A stretch of 64,000 nucleotides of DNA, taken from contig CAWGVS010000006.1 of NCBI GenBank assembly GCA_963826115.1, positions 96,001-160,000 of the forward strand. Direction: 5' to 3'. Positions 1 through 9,667 of this stretch are shown here, piece by piece (position 1 is the stretch's first letter; the number at the start of each line of letters is the position of its first letter). The position numbers and the translations under genes are program-made. The notes beneath the pieces are model-generated. The model was given only the letters and a program-made list of their open reading frames with translations. It did not search any database and was not told the DNA's origin. Source of the DNA: an uncultured Candidatus Rokubacteria bacterium. GTDB lineage: Bacteria; Methylomirabilota; Methylomirabilia; Rokubacteriales; DASRDR01.

Positions 1-330
1 GCCGGTCGCGGCGCCGGCGCCGCCCGCGCCCGCCCCGCCGGCACCCGCGCCGCCGGCACCCGCCCCGCCGCCGGCGCCCGAGCCGGCACCACCCGCGCCC
101 GCCCCGGCCGCGCCAGGGCCGCTGCCCATCGCGCCGCCCGAGCCGGCGCCGCCCGCGCCCGCTCCGCCGGCTCCGGAGCCGGCCCCGCCACCCGACACGG
201 TCGGGCCAGCGCCGCCGCCCGGGCCGGTGCCGGCCTGCGGCGCCGGTTTCTTCGGACACCCCGTCAGAACTACGGACGCGGCGAACAGCGCTAGCACGGT
301 GAACGTCGTCTGCCAGGGTCTCCGGGTCAT
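1..330 (-). CDS. pal: Peptidoglycan-associated lipoprotein Pal, N-terminal part (runs off the window edge), with long Gly/Ala-rich linker
   Basis: Manual translation from ATG 330: MTRRPWQTTFTVLALFAASVVLTGCPKKPAPQAGTGPGGGAG...; lipobox LTGC; GGAG RBS; directly downstream of tolB. The OmpA-like domain is outside the window, so the pal call rests on synteny. Confidence 0.75.
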   Translation of the reverse strand, partial: MTRRPWQTTFTVLALFAASVVLTGCPKKPAPQAGTGPGGGAGPTVSGGGAGSGAGGAGAGGAGSGGAMGSGPGAAGAGAGGAGSGAGGGAGAGGAGAGGAGAGGAGAATG

Positions 331-367
331 ACCACGCTCCTTTCGCTGGTGGGGCTCCATCGAGGCC

Positions 368-1714
368 TCATTGTGGGCGCGGCGACCAGGTGGGGCTGGA
401 CGCCTCACCCCGGTCTCGGGTAAGTGGCTGCTGCTCGGTGCCATCGGCCAACATCGTGAAGAGCTGCGTCCGGCCTCCCCGGCTCGACGAGAACACCACG
501 TGGCGGCCGTTGGGCGCCCAGGAGGCCGCCTCGTTGCTGCCGGTGCCCTGGGTCAGGGGCCGGGCGTTCGACCCATCGGGATTGATCGCCCAGAGATCGA
601 AGCCGCCGGCCGTCCGGCGGGTGAAGATGATCGTATCGCCCCGGGGCGACCAGCGGGGCTGGGTGTCGAACGAGCCCCCGAACGAGATCCGCCGCGCGTT
701 GGTGCCCTCGGCGTCCATCACCCAGATCTGGGGCGATCCGGTGCGGTCCGAGGTGAAGGCGATCTCGCGCCCGGTGGGCGACCAGGTCGGGTCCGTCTCG
801 ATGCCCCGATTGCTGGTGAGCTGCCGGAAGTCCGAGGTGCCCACGCGCAGCGAGAAGATGTCCGGGTTCCCGCCCTTGGACAGGGTCAGCGCGATCATCC
901 GCCCGTCCGGAGCCCAGGCCGGCGCCGTGTTGATCCCCGGCCACGCGGACATGAGCTCGGGCTCCTGCCCGCGGCGGCGCGGGTTGAACGGGAAGATCCG
1001 GAACAGGTACGGGTACCCCTTGAAGAACGAGGTGAAGGCCACCGACGAGTCGACGGGGCTCCAGGCCGGGGACAGGGACGTGCTGCGGAGGTTCGTGAGC
1101 GGGACGTGGTTGAACCCGTCGTAGTCGATCATGACGAGCTCTTTGTTCGGGGCGGCCTGCGAGACGTACGCGATCTTCGTCTCGGAGACGCCGCGCTCCC
1201 CGGTGAACTGGTACACGACCTCGTCGGCGATGCGGTGCGCGAGCCGCCGGTGGTCGGCGAGGGGCTCGACCCAGAACATCTTGGAGGCGATCATCCGGAA
1301 TTCCGGGTTCGTGAGGTCGTAGAGCCGGAACTCGATCGTGAGGCGCTGGCCGTCGATGCGCATGAGCCCGTGCATCGCGGCATGGGCGCCCGCCTGCTGG
1401 AACTTCGTGAATTCCTGGCGGATACCGTCCTGCGCGGCGGGGAGGGCCGGCGTGTTGGCGACCGCGAAGAGCGCGGAGAACCGGAGGTCGTTGCCGATGA
1501 TCTCCGGCACGCCGCGCGCGAAGTTGCCGTCGTCGGGCGCCGCGGTGAGCCGCGTGAACTCGGGGATGGCGATGCCGAGCTTCGTCGAGCCACCCTTCGT
1601 GACGTTGAGGAAGACCTCGACGCCCTGTGAGTGAAGCTGCGGCGGGGACGCGAGGAGGCCGATCGCGAGGGCCACCCCCAGCGCGACCAGGAGACCCGCG
1701 GGACGCATGCGCAT
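368..1714 (-). CDS. tolB: Tol-Pal beta-propeller protein TolB
   Basis: Signal peptide, TolB N-domain (AHRIADEVVYQFTGERG), repeated PD40 motifs (SPAWSP, PTWSPTG, PRWSPRG). Confidence 0.95.
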   Translation of the reverse strand: MRMRPAGLLVALGVALAIGLLASPPQLHSQGVEVFLNVTKGGSTKLGIAIPEFTRLTAAPDDGNFARGVPEIIGNDLRFSALFAVANTPALPAAQDGIRQEFTKFQQAGAHAAMHGLMRIDGQRLTIEFRLYDLTNPEFRMIASKMFWVEPLADHRRLAHRIADEVVYQFTGERGVSETKIAYVSQAAPNKELVMIDYDGFNHVPLTNLRSTSLSPAWSPVDSSVAFTSFFKGYPYLFRIFPFNPRRRGQEPELMSAWPGINTAPAWAPDGRMIALTLSKGGNPDIFSLRVGTSDFRQLTSNRGIETDPTWSPTGREIAFTSDRTGSPQIWVMDAEGTNARRISFGGSFDTQPRWSPRGDTIIFTRRTAGGFDLWAINPDGSNARPLTQGTGSNEAASWAPNGRHVVFSSSRGGRTQLFTMLADGTEQQPLTRDRGEASSPTWSPRPQ

Positions 1715-1716
1715 GC

Positions 1717-2742
1717 CTAGCCCTTGTCCAGCCCCGGGTTGAACCCGAAGTTCACCTTCAGGTACTGCCCGGGGAAGTCACGCGGGAGGGGCGGGAAGGG
1801 AATTGAGTCCATCACTGCCCGCAGCGCGGACTGGTCGTAGACCTCGTTCCCCGAGCTCTGCTTGATCTTCGGCTGGCCGCGCATCTGGCCCTCGCGGTCG
1901 ATCTCGAAGTAGATCATCACGGTGGTCTGCTCGGTCGCCACCAGCGGCGGCCGGCGCCAGCGCTCCGACACCTTGGCGTGGAGCTGCCGGATGTAATAGG
2001 TGAACGGGAAGTCGCTGGCGTCCACCGACAGGTTGCTGCCCGACACCGTCGCCGCCGTTGGGCTTCCGACGCGGGCCGTCTCGGTGGCGGGCCGCCCGGG
2101 CACGGGGCTCGCGGGCGGCGTCGCCGGCGCTGACGGCGGGGTGGCGATCCGCGGCGGCTCCGGCAGCTTTGGCGGGTCCGGCAGCCGCGTCGGCGCGGCG
2201 GGGGCCGAGGCAGGCGGCGTCACGGGCGGCGGCGGCGGAAGGCTCCGCTCGATCGGGCGCGCGGTCGGCGGAGCCAGCGCCGGGCTCTCCTTCTCCGCGC
2301 GCCGGGGCAGGGCCAGCTCCGAGGGCTCGAGCGCCTTCGGCCGCGGGGCCGCGAGCTCGGGCGCGCGGGGCGGGGGCGGCTCGACGACGCGCTCCGGCGG
2401 CCGTGCGGCCGCCGGCGGCGGCGGCTCGGGGCGGGGCGCGGCCTTCGGGGGCGCCTTCTCCTCGGCCTTGGGCGCGGGGGGCGTGGGTCTCGACTCCGGT
2501 GTCCGGACAGCCGGCGGCGCCTCGGGCGCCGGACTCCCGAGCGTCGGCGTGGCCGGCACCAGGTTCACGATGTAGACCTTCGACTGGTCGACCCGCGAGC
2601 CGAGGAACGCGGAGAGGCCAAGGGCCGCCCCGAAGCACGCCATGTGCGCGACGAAGGACACCGCGAGGAGCCCGTAAGGCGGCGGATCGTCGGGGAAGCT
2701 GATGAAGCGGCGCGGGACGCGGTACACGACCGGCGCGGCCAT
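1717..2742 (-). CDS. tolA: TolA/TonB family energy transducer
   Basis: N-terminal TM with SxxxH motif (VSFVAHM), Pro-rich linker, TonB_C-like C-terminus (SSGNEVYDQSALRAV...PFPPLP); located between tolR and tolB. Confidence 0.85.
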   Translation of the reverse strand: MAAPVVYRVPRRFISFPDDPPPYGLLAVSFVAHMACFGAALGLSAFLGSRVDQSKVYIVNLVPATPTLGSPAPEAPPAVRTPESRPTPPAPKAEEKAPPKAAPRPEPPPPAAARPPERVVEPPPPRAPELAAPRPKALEPSELALPRRAEKESPALAPPTARPIERSLPPPPPVTPPASAPAAPTRLPDPPKLPEPPRIATPPSAPATPPASPVPGRPATETARVGSPTAATVSGSNLSVDASDFPFTYYIRQLHAKVSERWRRPPLVATEQTTVMIYFEIDREGQMRGQPKIKQSSGNEVYDQSALRAVMDSIPFPPLPRDFPGQYLKVNFGFNPGLDKG

Positions 2743-2744
2743 CG

Positions 2745-3176
2745 CTACTCCCGCCTCGGGAGCGGCTCGGTCACCATGCCGACCCGCTCGACGCCGGCGC
2801 GCCGCACCCGGTCCATGGTCTCGACGACCTGCCCGTAGGGGAGCTCCTTGTCGGCCTTGATGAAGATCGTCCGGTCGGCGCGGTCCCGGAGGAGGTCGCG
2901 AAGCCGCGTCTCGAGGTTCGCCAGCGGGAGCGGGCGCTCGTTGAGGTAGAGCACGCGGTCCTTCGTGATCGTCAGGACCAGCCGCTCCTCGACCGCCGTG
3001 GGCTTGCCCCCGCTCCGCGGCAGGTTCACGTCGATGCCCCGGTACATCATGGGCGCCGTCAGCATGAAGATGAGCAGCAGGACGAGGACGACGTCGACGA
3101 GAGGAATGACGTTGATCTCGGCCAGAGTGCTGCGGGTGCCAGCACCCTCCGTGCCGGCATCGGCCTTGATCGCCAT
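2745..3176 (-). CDS. tolR: TolR/ExbD biopolymer transport protein
   Basis: EINVIPLVDVVLVLLLIFMLTAP and IKADKELPYGQVV motifs. Confidence 0.92.
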   Translation of the reverse strand: MAIKADAGTEGAGTRSTLAEINVIPLVDVVLVLLLIFMLTAPMMYRGIDVNLPRSGGKPTAVEERLVLTITKDRVLYLNERPLPLANLETRLRDLLRDRADRTIFIKADKELPYGQVVETMDRVRRAGVERVGMVTEPLPRRE

Positions 3177-3177
3177 C

Positions 3178-3906
3178 CTAGAAGGGCTTCGTGCTCCGTA
3201 CGAGCCGGCGCTCGACCACGTTGGCCAGCTCGAGCGCGAAGTTCTCCATCTCGGTCATCCAGTGGCGCATCCGACCAACGAAGTAGTTGTAGCCGATGAC
3301 CGCGGGGATCGCCGCCGCCAGGCCGGCCGCGGTGGCGACCAGGGCGCCCGAGATGCCGGGGGCGACGACGGCCAAGCTCGCCGACCCCTGCGTGCCGATG
3401 GCCTGGAACGAGTTCATGATGCCGACGACCGTCCCCAGGAGGCCGACGAAGGGCCCCGAGCTCGCCGTGGTGGCGAGGAATGGAAGGTAGCGCTCCATCC
3501 GCTCGACCTCGGTCGACTGCACGCGACGCATCGCGCGCTGGACCGACTCCAGGCGGTCGGGCGAGATGCCCTCCTCGCCCGGCTCGGCGGGACCGTCCAT
3601 CACGTCCGGCGGCGGCGCGCCGCCCGCGGAGAGCTCCTGATACGCCGCGAGGTACACGCGCCCGAGCGGGCTCTGCCGGAGGCGCTTGGCGCCGGAGGCC
3701 ACGAGCGAGAAGCGGCGTGACTCGCGGTAGGTCTTCAGGAAGCGCCCGCTCTCGGCGGCGACCATGCGGAACTGGAGCGCCTTCTGAAGGATGATCGCCC
3801 ACGAGATGACCGACATCGCGAGGAGGACGACCAAGACGACCTTCTCGAGGGGACCGACATCGGAGAGGATCTCGCCGAAACCACCGAGACTGGAAAGCCC
3901 GGGCAC
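3178..3906 (-). CDS. tolQ: TolQ/ExbB (MotA family) proton channel; start approximate
   Basis: C-terminal part of ORF 3178..4986: FLATTASSGPFVGLLGTVVGIM, VAPGISGALVATAAGLAAAIPAV. The upstream extension overlaps lgt and is spurious. Confidence 0.9.
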   Translation of the reverse strand: MPGLSSLGGFGEILSDVGPLEKVVLVVLLAMSVISWAIILQKALQFRMVAAESGRFLKTYRESRRFSLVASGAKRLRQSPLGRVYLAAYQELSAGGAPPPDVMDGPAEPGEEGISPDRLESVQRAMRRVQSTEVERMERYLPFLATTASSGPFVGLLGTVVGIMNSFQAIGTQGSASLAVVAPGISGALVATAAGLAAAIPAVIGYNYFVGRMRHWMTEMENFALELANVVERRLVRSTKPF

Positions 3907-3975
3907 GACGCTCAGACCCTCGAATCCTGCTTGTGTGTTCTGAGCAGCAACCAGACCTCCTGCAACGTTTCGTTC

Positions 3976-4005
3976 ATCATACCTAGCGGCTCGGAAGAGT
4001 GTCAA
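3976..4005 (-). promoter_or_regulatory. sigma70-type promoter of the tol-pal operon
   Basis: Minus strand TTGACA-18 nt-TATGAT in an AT-richer intergenic gap. Confidence 0.7.
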
Positions 4006-4092
4006 ACTTATTTCCAATTTTGCGGGCGCTTCCGACGCGGTCCGGGGGCATTTTCGTTTGACACCCCGAGTGCCGTGGGGTAATAGGGAGCC

Positions 4093-4908
4093 GTGTTCCG
4101 GTCCCCCGGGCCGATCGCCCTCGCGTTTCACCTTCCGGCTGGTCTCCCGCTCGTCGGCGGCCTGTCGGTGTCGATCCGCTGGTACGGCGTCCTCATCGCC
4201 TCGTCGATGGCGCTCGGGCTCTGGCTCGCGGCGCGCGAGGCGACGCGGCGCGGCGAGTCGCCCGACGACCTGCTGAAGGCGGCCGAGATCGCCCTGATCG
4301 GCGGCCTGGTCGGGGCCCGCCTCTACTACGTGCTCTTCAACCTCGACTACTACCAGACCCAGCCGTGGTGGCGGATCTTTGCCGTGTGGGAGGGGGGGCT
4401 CGCGATCCACGGCGGAATCATCGCGGGCCTGCTCACGGGCGGCGCCTACGTCTGGGCCAAGGGGCTGCCGCTCCTGACCTACCTGGACATCGTGGCGCCC
4501 TCCATGGTGCTCGCTCAGGCGATCGGGCGGTGGGGCAACTTCTTCAACGAGGAGGCGTTCGGCCGCCCGACCGAGCTCCCCTGGAAGCTCTACATCGCGG
4601 AGGCCCGCCGGCCGCCGGCCTTCGTGGACCACCAGTTCTTCCATCCCACCTTCCTCTACGAGTCCCTCTGGAACGGGGCGGCCTTCCTGCTCCTCTACTT
4701 CGTCCTCCGGCGGCGGTTCGAGCGCGCGCCGGGCGCCCTGTTCCTCGCGTACCTCGGGCTCTACTCGCTCGGGCGCTTCTGGGTCGAGGGGTTGCGGACC
4801 GACAGCCTCATGTTGGGCTCGTTCCGGATCGCGCAGCTCGTGAGCGTCGCGGCGGTTTTGGTGGCCGCCGTCGGCATCCCGATCCTGCTGCGGCGCCGCT
4901 CGAGCTGA
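4093..4908 (+). CDS. lgt: Prolipoprotein diacylglyceryl transferase
   Basis: IRWYG, GARLYYV, WEGGLAIHGG, QAIGRWGNFFNEEAFG, HPTFLYES motifs. Confidence 0.97.
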   Translation: MFRSPGPIALAFHLPAGLPLVGGLSVSIRWYGVLIASSMALGLWLAAREATRRGESPDDLLKAAEIALIGGLVGARLYYVLFNLDYYQTQPWWRIFAVWEGGLAIHGGIIAGLLTGGAYVWAKGLPLLTYLDIVAPSMVLAQAIGRWGNFFNEEAFGRPTELPWKLYIAEARRPPAFVDHQFFHPTFLYESLWNGAAFLLLYFVLRRRFERAPGALFLAYLGLYSLGRFWVEGLRTDSLMLGSFRIAQLVSVAAVLVAAVGIPILLRRRSS

Positions 4909-4934
4909 GGGCGCCGCCCGAGAGGGCCCGCGGC

Positions 4935-5774
4935 ATGGGACCGAGCCGGTCGGCCCGGGCGTCCCGACAGCAGCGCGCGCCCGCACGCCGCGCCGCCCGG
5001 CCGGCCGGCGAGGACCTCTCCTTCGCGTGCCTCGGCACCTCCGGCGCGGTCCCGTCGGTCGCGCGGGATACCACCGCCTTGGTCGCGCGCGCGGGCCGGA
5101 CCCTCTGCCTGATCGACGTGGGCGGGAGCCCGGTGCAGAAGCTCCGGCGCGTCGGCGTGGACCCGGTCGCGCTCTCGGCGGTCGTGGTGACCCACACCCA
5201 TCCGGACCACGTGTATGGGCTGCCGGCGCTGATCCAGGGCCTCCTCATCCTCGGGCGCAAGGCCCCGCTGCCCGTCTACTGCCGCGTCGAGCACGTCCCG
5301 CTGGTGGAGCGGCTCCTCGGCCTCTTCGGACTCCGCGACGAGGGGCTCGACGTGCCCGTCCGGCCCGTCGAGCCGCAGGAGGCGGTTCGCGTGCTGAAGA
5401 CACCGGACCTCGTGGTGACGGCGTCCCCGAACGTCCACGGGAGCATGCCCAACCTCGCGGTGCGCGTCGACGCGGGCGGGCGGAGCCTCGTGTACTCCTC
5501 CGACACGCGGCCATGCGCCCAGGTGGAGACGCTCGCCCGGGGGGTGACCACGCTCATCCACGAGGCGACGTTCGCCCGGCCGAATCCCGCGGAGTGGCAT
5601 TCCACCGCGCGGGAGGCCGGCGCCGTGGCCCGGGCTGCCGGCGCCGGCCGCCTCTACCTGGCGCACGTGGGCTACACGGTCCATGGCGCGATCCGGGCCC
5701 ACGTGACGGCGGCGCGCGCCGGGTTCGGCGGGCCGGTGGCGATGGCGGAGGAGCTCCGCTGGTATCGGGCCTAG
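4935..5774 (+). CDS. MBL-fold metallo-hydrolase, RNase Z/ElaC-like
   Basis: LGTSGAVP, THTHPDHVYG, YSSDTRP, LIHEATF, HSTAREAG motifs. Confidence 0.8.
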   Translation: MGPSRSARASRQQRAPARRAARPAGEDLSFACLGTSGAVPSVARDTTALVARAGRTLCLIDVGGSPVQKLRRVGVDPVALSAVVVTHTHPDHVYGLPALIQGLLILGRKAPLPVYCRVEHVPLVERLLGLFGLRDEGLDVPVRPVEPQEAVRVLKTPDLVVTASPNVHGSMPNLAVRVDAGGRSLVYSSDTRPCAQVETLARGVTTLIHEATFARPNPAEWHSTAREAGAVARAAGAGRLYLAHVGYTVHGAIRAHVTAARAGFGGPVAMAEELRWYRA

Positions 5775-5848
5775 GGCTCCTCGGCCGGCTTGGCCGGCTC
5801 CGGCGGCGGCGGCCCGCGCCCGAGTCGATCCCGGTCGCCCGCGGGCCC

Positions 5849-6754
5849 GTGGACGCAAGCGCCGCGACCCTCTCGACGCTCGCCGGCCGGATCGGCGTGG
5901 GCCTGCTGGCCGCCCTGGCCTGCCTGATCTTCACGCTGGACCGCCGGGCCGGCGCCGATGTCACCCTGGGCCTGATCCACATGGCGATCGTCGCCCTGGC
6001 CAGCTGGCGCTTCCGATCTGTCGGCCGCTGGGCGACCGTCGGTCTCGCCACCACCGGGTGGAGCGCCGCGCAGCTCGTCGCCGCGGGGACACCCGTCGGC
6101 GACGTCCCCACGGAGGCGCTGACCTGGCACGTGGGCCTCCGCCTGGCCGCGCTGGCGAGCGTGGCCGCCACGGTGGGCGCGGGGCGCGAGGCCGTGCGGC
6201 GACTCCTCCGGACGGAGGACGCGCTGGCGCTCTCGCTTCTCCGCGAGCGCGACTCGGCCCGCCGAGACCGGCTGACGCGGCTCTGGAATTCCCGCTACCT
6301 CCACGAGGCGCTCGAGGGCGAGATCTACCGCTGCCGGCGGTACGGTCGCCCGTTCGGCATCCTGGTGGTCGACCTCGACGGCTTCAAGGCGGTGAACGAC
6401 ACGGGGGGCCACGAGGCTGGGGACAGAGTCCTCCAGATCGTCGGGCGCGTGATCCGCGAGAATTGCCGCACGACCGACATCCCCGCGCGGCTGGGCGGCG
6501 ACGAGTTCGCGGTCATCCTGCCCGAGGCCTCGCGGCTCACGGTGCCGCGGTACGCCCTGAAGCTCGTGGACCTCATCGGGCGCGCGCCGTTTCCGCCGGG
6601 GCTGCCGCGGGTCACGGCCAGCGTCGGCGCAGTCGCGTTCGAGCGAGCCCCGGAGTCGGTGGAAGCGGCGCTCGGCGTCGCCGACGAGGCGATGTACGCC
6701 GCCAAGCGCGAGGGGAAGAATCGGGTGATCGTACGGGACGGGGGGGCCTCGTGA
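5849..6754 (+). CDS. Membrane-anchored diguanylate cyclase (GGDEF); start approximate
   Basis: TM helices, then DRLTRLWN, DLDGFKAVNDTGGHEAGD, ARLGGDEF, ADEAMYAAKREGKN. Confidence 0.9.
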   Translation: MDASAATLSTLAGRIGVGLLAALACLIFTLDRRAGADVTLGLIHMAIVALASWRFRSVGRWATVGLATTGWSAAQLVAAGTPVGDVPTEALTWHVGLRLAALASVAATVGAGREAVRRLLRTEDALALSLLRERDSARRDRLTRLWNSRYLHEALEGEIYRCRRYGRPFGILVVDLDGFKAVNDTGGHEAGDRVLQIVGRVIRENCRTTDIPARLGGDEFAVILPEASRLTVPRYALKLVDLIGRAPFPPGLPRVTASVGAVAFERAPESVEAALGVADEAMYAAKREGKNRVIVRDGGAS

Positions 6755-7446
6755 ACTTCGTCCTGGACATCGAGACGATCCCGCGCGACCTCCGGGCGGA
6801 GCCCCGGAAGATCCAGGAGTACGTCTGGGAGCGGGTGACCCGGCGGGGTGACGCGGAGGACGGGGCGCCGGCCCTCGACCAGTTCCTGGCCGGGATGGAC
6901 GACGAGGCGTTCGCGGGTCTCCGCCGCGACGTCGAGCGCTACATGGCGCTCCGGGCGGAGTTCGGCCACGTGATCTGCATCGGCATGGGCCACGATGGGC
7001 GGGGCGAGCTCGACACGAAGGCGCTGACGGCGCGAACGGTCGCCGACGAGCGGGGGATCCTCGAGGCGTTCTGGGACGTGGTCCGGAGCGCGCGCGACTG
7101 GCGGTTCGTCACGTACAACGGCCTCTCCTTCGACCTGCCCTACCTCATCCGGCGTTCCATCTACGTGGGCGCCGCGCCGACGGCGGGCCTTCCCCTCCGC
7201 CCCTATGCGCCCGACAGGCACTTCGACGTGATGCGCGTGCTCTCCAACTGGGAGCGCACCGACGCGGTGCGGCTCGACGTCGTGGCCGAGCTCCTCGGGC
7301 TCCAGAAGTGGCCCCCCGGGATGGAGGGGTCCCAGGTCCTGGGCCTCTGGCGGGCGGGGCGGACCGACGACATCGAGGCCTACTGCCTCGGCGACGTCCG
7401 GCTCACGTACGACGTCTTCCTGCGCGTCGAGCCCTACTTCCGGTAG
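6751..7446 (+). CDS. PolB-like 3'-5' exonuclease (RNase H-like fold)
   Basis: GTG start overlapping the upstream TGA; VLDIETIP, VTYNGLSFDLPY, YCLGDV (Exo I-III motifs). Confidence 0.82.
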   Translation: MNFVLDIETIPRDLRAEPRKIQEYVWERVTRRGDAEDGAPALDQFLAGMDDEAFAGLRRDVERYMALRAEFGHVICIGMGHDGRGELDTKALTARTVADERGILEAFWDVVRSARDWRFVTYNGLSFDLPYLIRRSIYVGAAPTAGLPLRPYAPDRHFDVMRVLSNWERTDAVRLDVVAELLGLQKWPPGMEGSQVLGLWRAGRTDDIEAYCLGDVRLTYDVFLRVEPYFR

Positions 7447-7461
7447 CGCGCGGGCGCCCTC

Positions 7462-8697
7462 CTAAGGCGCCGCGAGGCGGTCCCGGACCAGCGCGATGAG
7501 GCGGTCGTGCGTCAGGGCCTCGCCGGTGCGCGACTCCACCCGGGCCTCGGTCTTGAGGCCGGTCTCGGTGAGGACGCAGCACACCGTCGCCGCGGGATCG
7601 AGCGCCCCTTCGGACAGGAGCCGTCGCGCGGCCGCGAGCGTCGCGACGCCGGTCGGGCCCGCGTAGACGCCCTCGGTCCGCGCGAGGAGCCGCTGCGCGT
7701 CGAGGATGGCCGCGTCCTCCACGTCGGTCGCGAGACCGCCGTGCTGCCGGAGGAGGCGCAGCACCCACGCGCCCTTCGCGCCGGGGTCACCGACCGCGAG
7801 CCCCTCGGCCACGGTGTAGGTGAGAGGCACGGGCCGGATCTCGCCGCCTTCCCGCCACGCGCGGACGACGGGGTTGGCGCGGGCGGCCTGGGCCGCCACC
7901 AGGCGCGGCGCCGCGTCGATCCAGCCGAGCGCGCGCATCTCCTCGAAGGCGCGCCAGCCGGAGATGAACGCCTCCCCCACGGCCACCGGGTAGACCACGA
8001 CGTCCGGCAGCCGGTACCCGCAGTCCTCGGCGATCTCCCAGGCGAGCGTCTTCTTCCCTTCCTGCTTGAAGACGTTCCGCGAGGCGCCGCCGTCGAACAC
8101 CGGCTCCTCGTCGATCATCCGGTCCCAGAGCCGGATGAGGTCGTCGTAGAAGCCGCGGTAGAGGACGAGGTCGGAGGCCACCAGGCCCATGTGGGCGAGC
8201 TTCGGAGCCGACGCCTGCTCGTAGCAGAAGATGAGGGCCCGCAGGCCGGCCCGCGTGGCGTACGCGGCGAGGGACGACCCGGCGTTCCCGGTCGAGACCA
8301 CGGAGACCGCGCGGTAGCCGAACTGGCGCGCGGCGGCGACGGCCGTGGCCGACGACCGGTCCTTGATCGTGCCCGTCGGGTTGGTGCCCTCGAACTTGAG
8401 GAGGAGACGCCGGACGCCGAGGACGCGGGCCAGGGCCGGCGCCTCGATGAGCGGCGTCGCGCCCTCGCCGAGCGACACGAAGTCCGCCGGATCGCGGATG
8501 GGCAGGACCGGATGGTAGCGCCATACCCCCCGGCCGGCGAACGCCCGGCCGGGCCCCGCGCGCCGCAGCGGCTCGAGGTCGTAGACCGGCTCGAGGAGGC
8601 CGCCGCATGCCGCGCACCCCAGCCGGTACGCGGGCAGCGTCTCGGCGCCGCAGTCGATGCACCGGAGCGCCGAGAGGCACGACGTCGGGCCGCTCAC
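7462..8697 (-). CDS. Threonine synthase-like PLP enzyme
   Basis: CxxC...CxxC N-terminus, SLGEGATPL, KFEGTNPTGTIKDR, STGNAGSS. Start set at GTG 8697 because the TTG at 8733 is part of a TTGACA -35 box. Confidence 0.85.
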   Translation of the reverse strand: MSGPTSCLSALRCIDCGAETLPAYRLGCAACGGLLEPVYDLEPLRRAGPGRAFAGRGVWRYHPVLPIRDPADFVSLGEGATPLIEAPALARVLGVRRLLLKFEGTNPTGTIKDRSSATAVAAARQFGYRAVSVVSTGNAGSSLAAYATRAGLRALIFCYEQASAPKLAHMGLVASDLVLYRGFYDDLIRLWDRMIDEEPVFDGGASRNVFKQEGKKTLAWEIAEDCGYRLPDVVVYPVAVGEAFISGWRAFEEMRALGWIDAAPRLVAAQAARANPVVRAWREGGEIRPVPLTYTVAEGLAVGDPGAKGAWVLRLLRQHGGLATDVEDAAILDAQRLLARTEGVYAGPTGVATLAAARRLLSEGALDPAATVCCVLTETGLKTEARVESRTGEALTHDRLIALVRDRLAAP

Positions 8698-8767
8698 GCG
8701 GGCCAACCTAGGGCGGCGCGGCGAGGCTGTCAACGTCCCGGCGCGCGCTCGCGCGCGGCTCGCCCGG

Positions 8768-9667
8768 TCAGCCCCGGTGGGCGAGCGCCACGCCGGCCAG
8801 AACGGCCAGCGCGCCCGCGACGAGCGCGAGGGTGAGCGTCTCCTGGCCCGCCAGCACGGCGATCGTCGTGGCGATCAGCGGGATGAGGAACGAGAACCCC
8901 ACCACGCGGGCGGTCGCCGTGCGCGCGAGCGCCACGTACCAGAGGAGGTTCGCCAGGGCGATCGTGCCGGCGGAGAGATAGGCCAGGAGGAGCCACTCCC
9001 GGAAGGACAGCGCGCTCCAGCCCACCTCGGCGAGGCCGGGCGCGCCGAGCGGGAGCAGAGGCACGACGCCGATCGCGGTCGCCCAGGTCGTCACGGCGAG
9101 CGGCGTCGCCCGCGCGAGCAGGGGCTTCCCCACCACGGTGTAGAGCGCCCAGGCGAGGCTCGCGCCGAGGCACAGGAGGTCGCCCACGAGGGAGGTGGAG
9201 CCCTCGTTGCCGCGGGCCACGATCACGGCGACACCCGCGAAGCCGAGCGCGATGCCCGCCAGGCGGCGCGGGCCGACCGTCTCGCCGTAGAGGAGCCAGG
9301 CGAGGAGCACCGCGAGGACCGGGCTCAGCGCCACCAGGATGGCGGCGTGGCCCGGCGACGTGCGATGGATGCCCGAGACCAGGAGGCCGTGGAAGAGGGT
9401 GTTCCCGAGGAGCCCCAGCAGGACGACCACGCCCCAGTCGCGCGCCCGGAGGCCCGGCCGGAGGGCGCCGCTCAGGAGGCCCACCAGGACCAGGATGGCG
9501 GCGGCGACCGCGCAGCGAAACGTGGCGAAGGCGAGCGGGGGGAAGAACGGCTGCGTCGCCTTGATCGCGGGATAGCTGCCGCCCCAGAGCAGGACGACGA
9601 AGAACAGGATCGGGACGACGGCGGCGCCGGCCGCGCGCCGTCCCGAAGGCCGGCCGGGGTCCGTCAG
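8768..9667 (-). CDS. DMT/EamA family transporter (probable CTG start overlapping upstream TGA)
   Basis: Ten-TM pattern; the frame stays open upstream of 9484 through LFFVVLLWGGSYPAIK to CTG 9667. Confidence 0.8.
   Translation of the reverse strand: MTDPGRPSGRRAAGAAVVPILFFVVLLWGGSYPAIKATQPFFPPLAFATFRCAVAAAILVLVGLLSGALRPGLRARDWGVVVLLGLLGNTLFHGLLVSGIHRTSPGHAAILVALSPVLAVLLAWLLYGETVGPRRLAGIALGFAGVAVIVARGNEGSTSLVGDLLCLGASLAWALYTVVGKPLLARATPLAVTTWATAIGVVPLLPLGAPGLAEVGWSALSFREWLLLAYLSAGTIALANLLWYVALARTATARVVGFSFLIPLIATTIAVLAGQETLTLALVAGALAVLAGVALAHRG

Noticed and set aside
1900-2560. Pro-rich low-complexity region as a novel repeat protein
   Set aside because: It is the normal periplasm-spanning linker of TolA/TonB.
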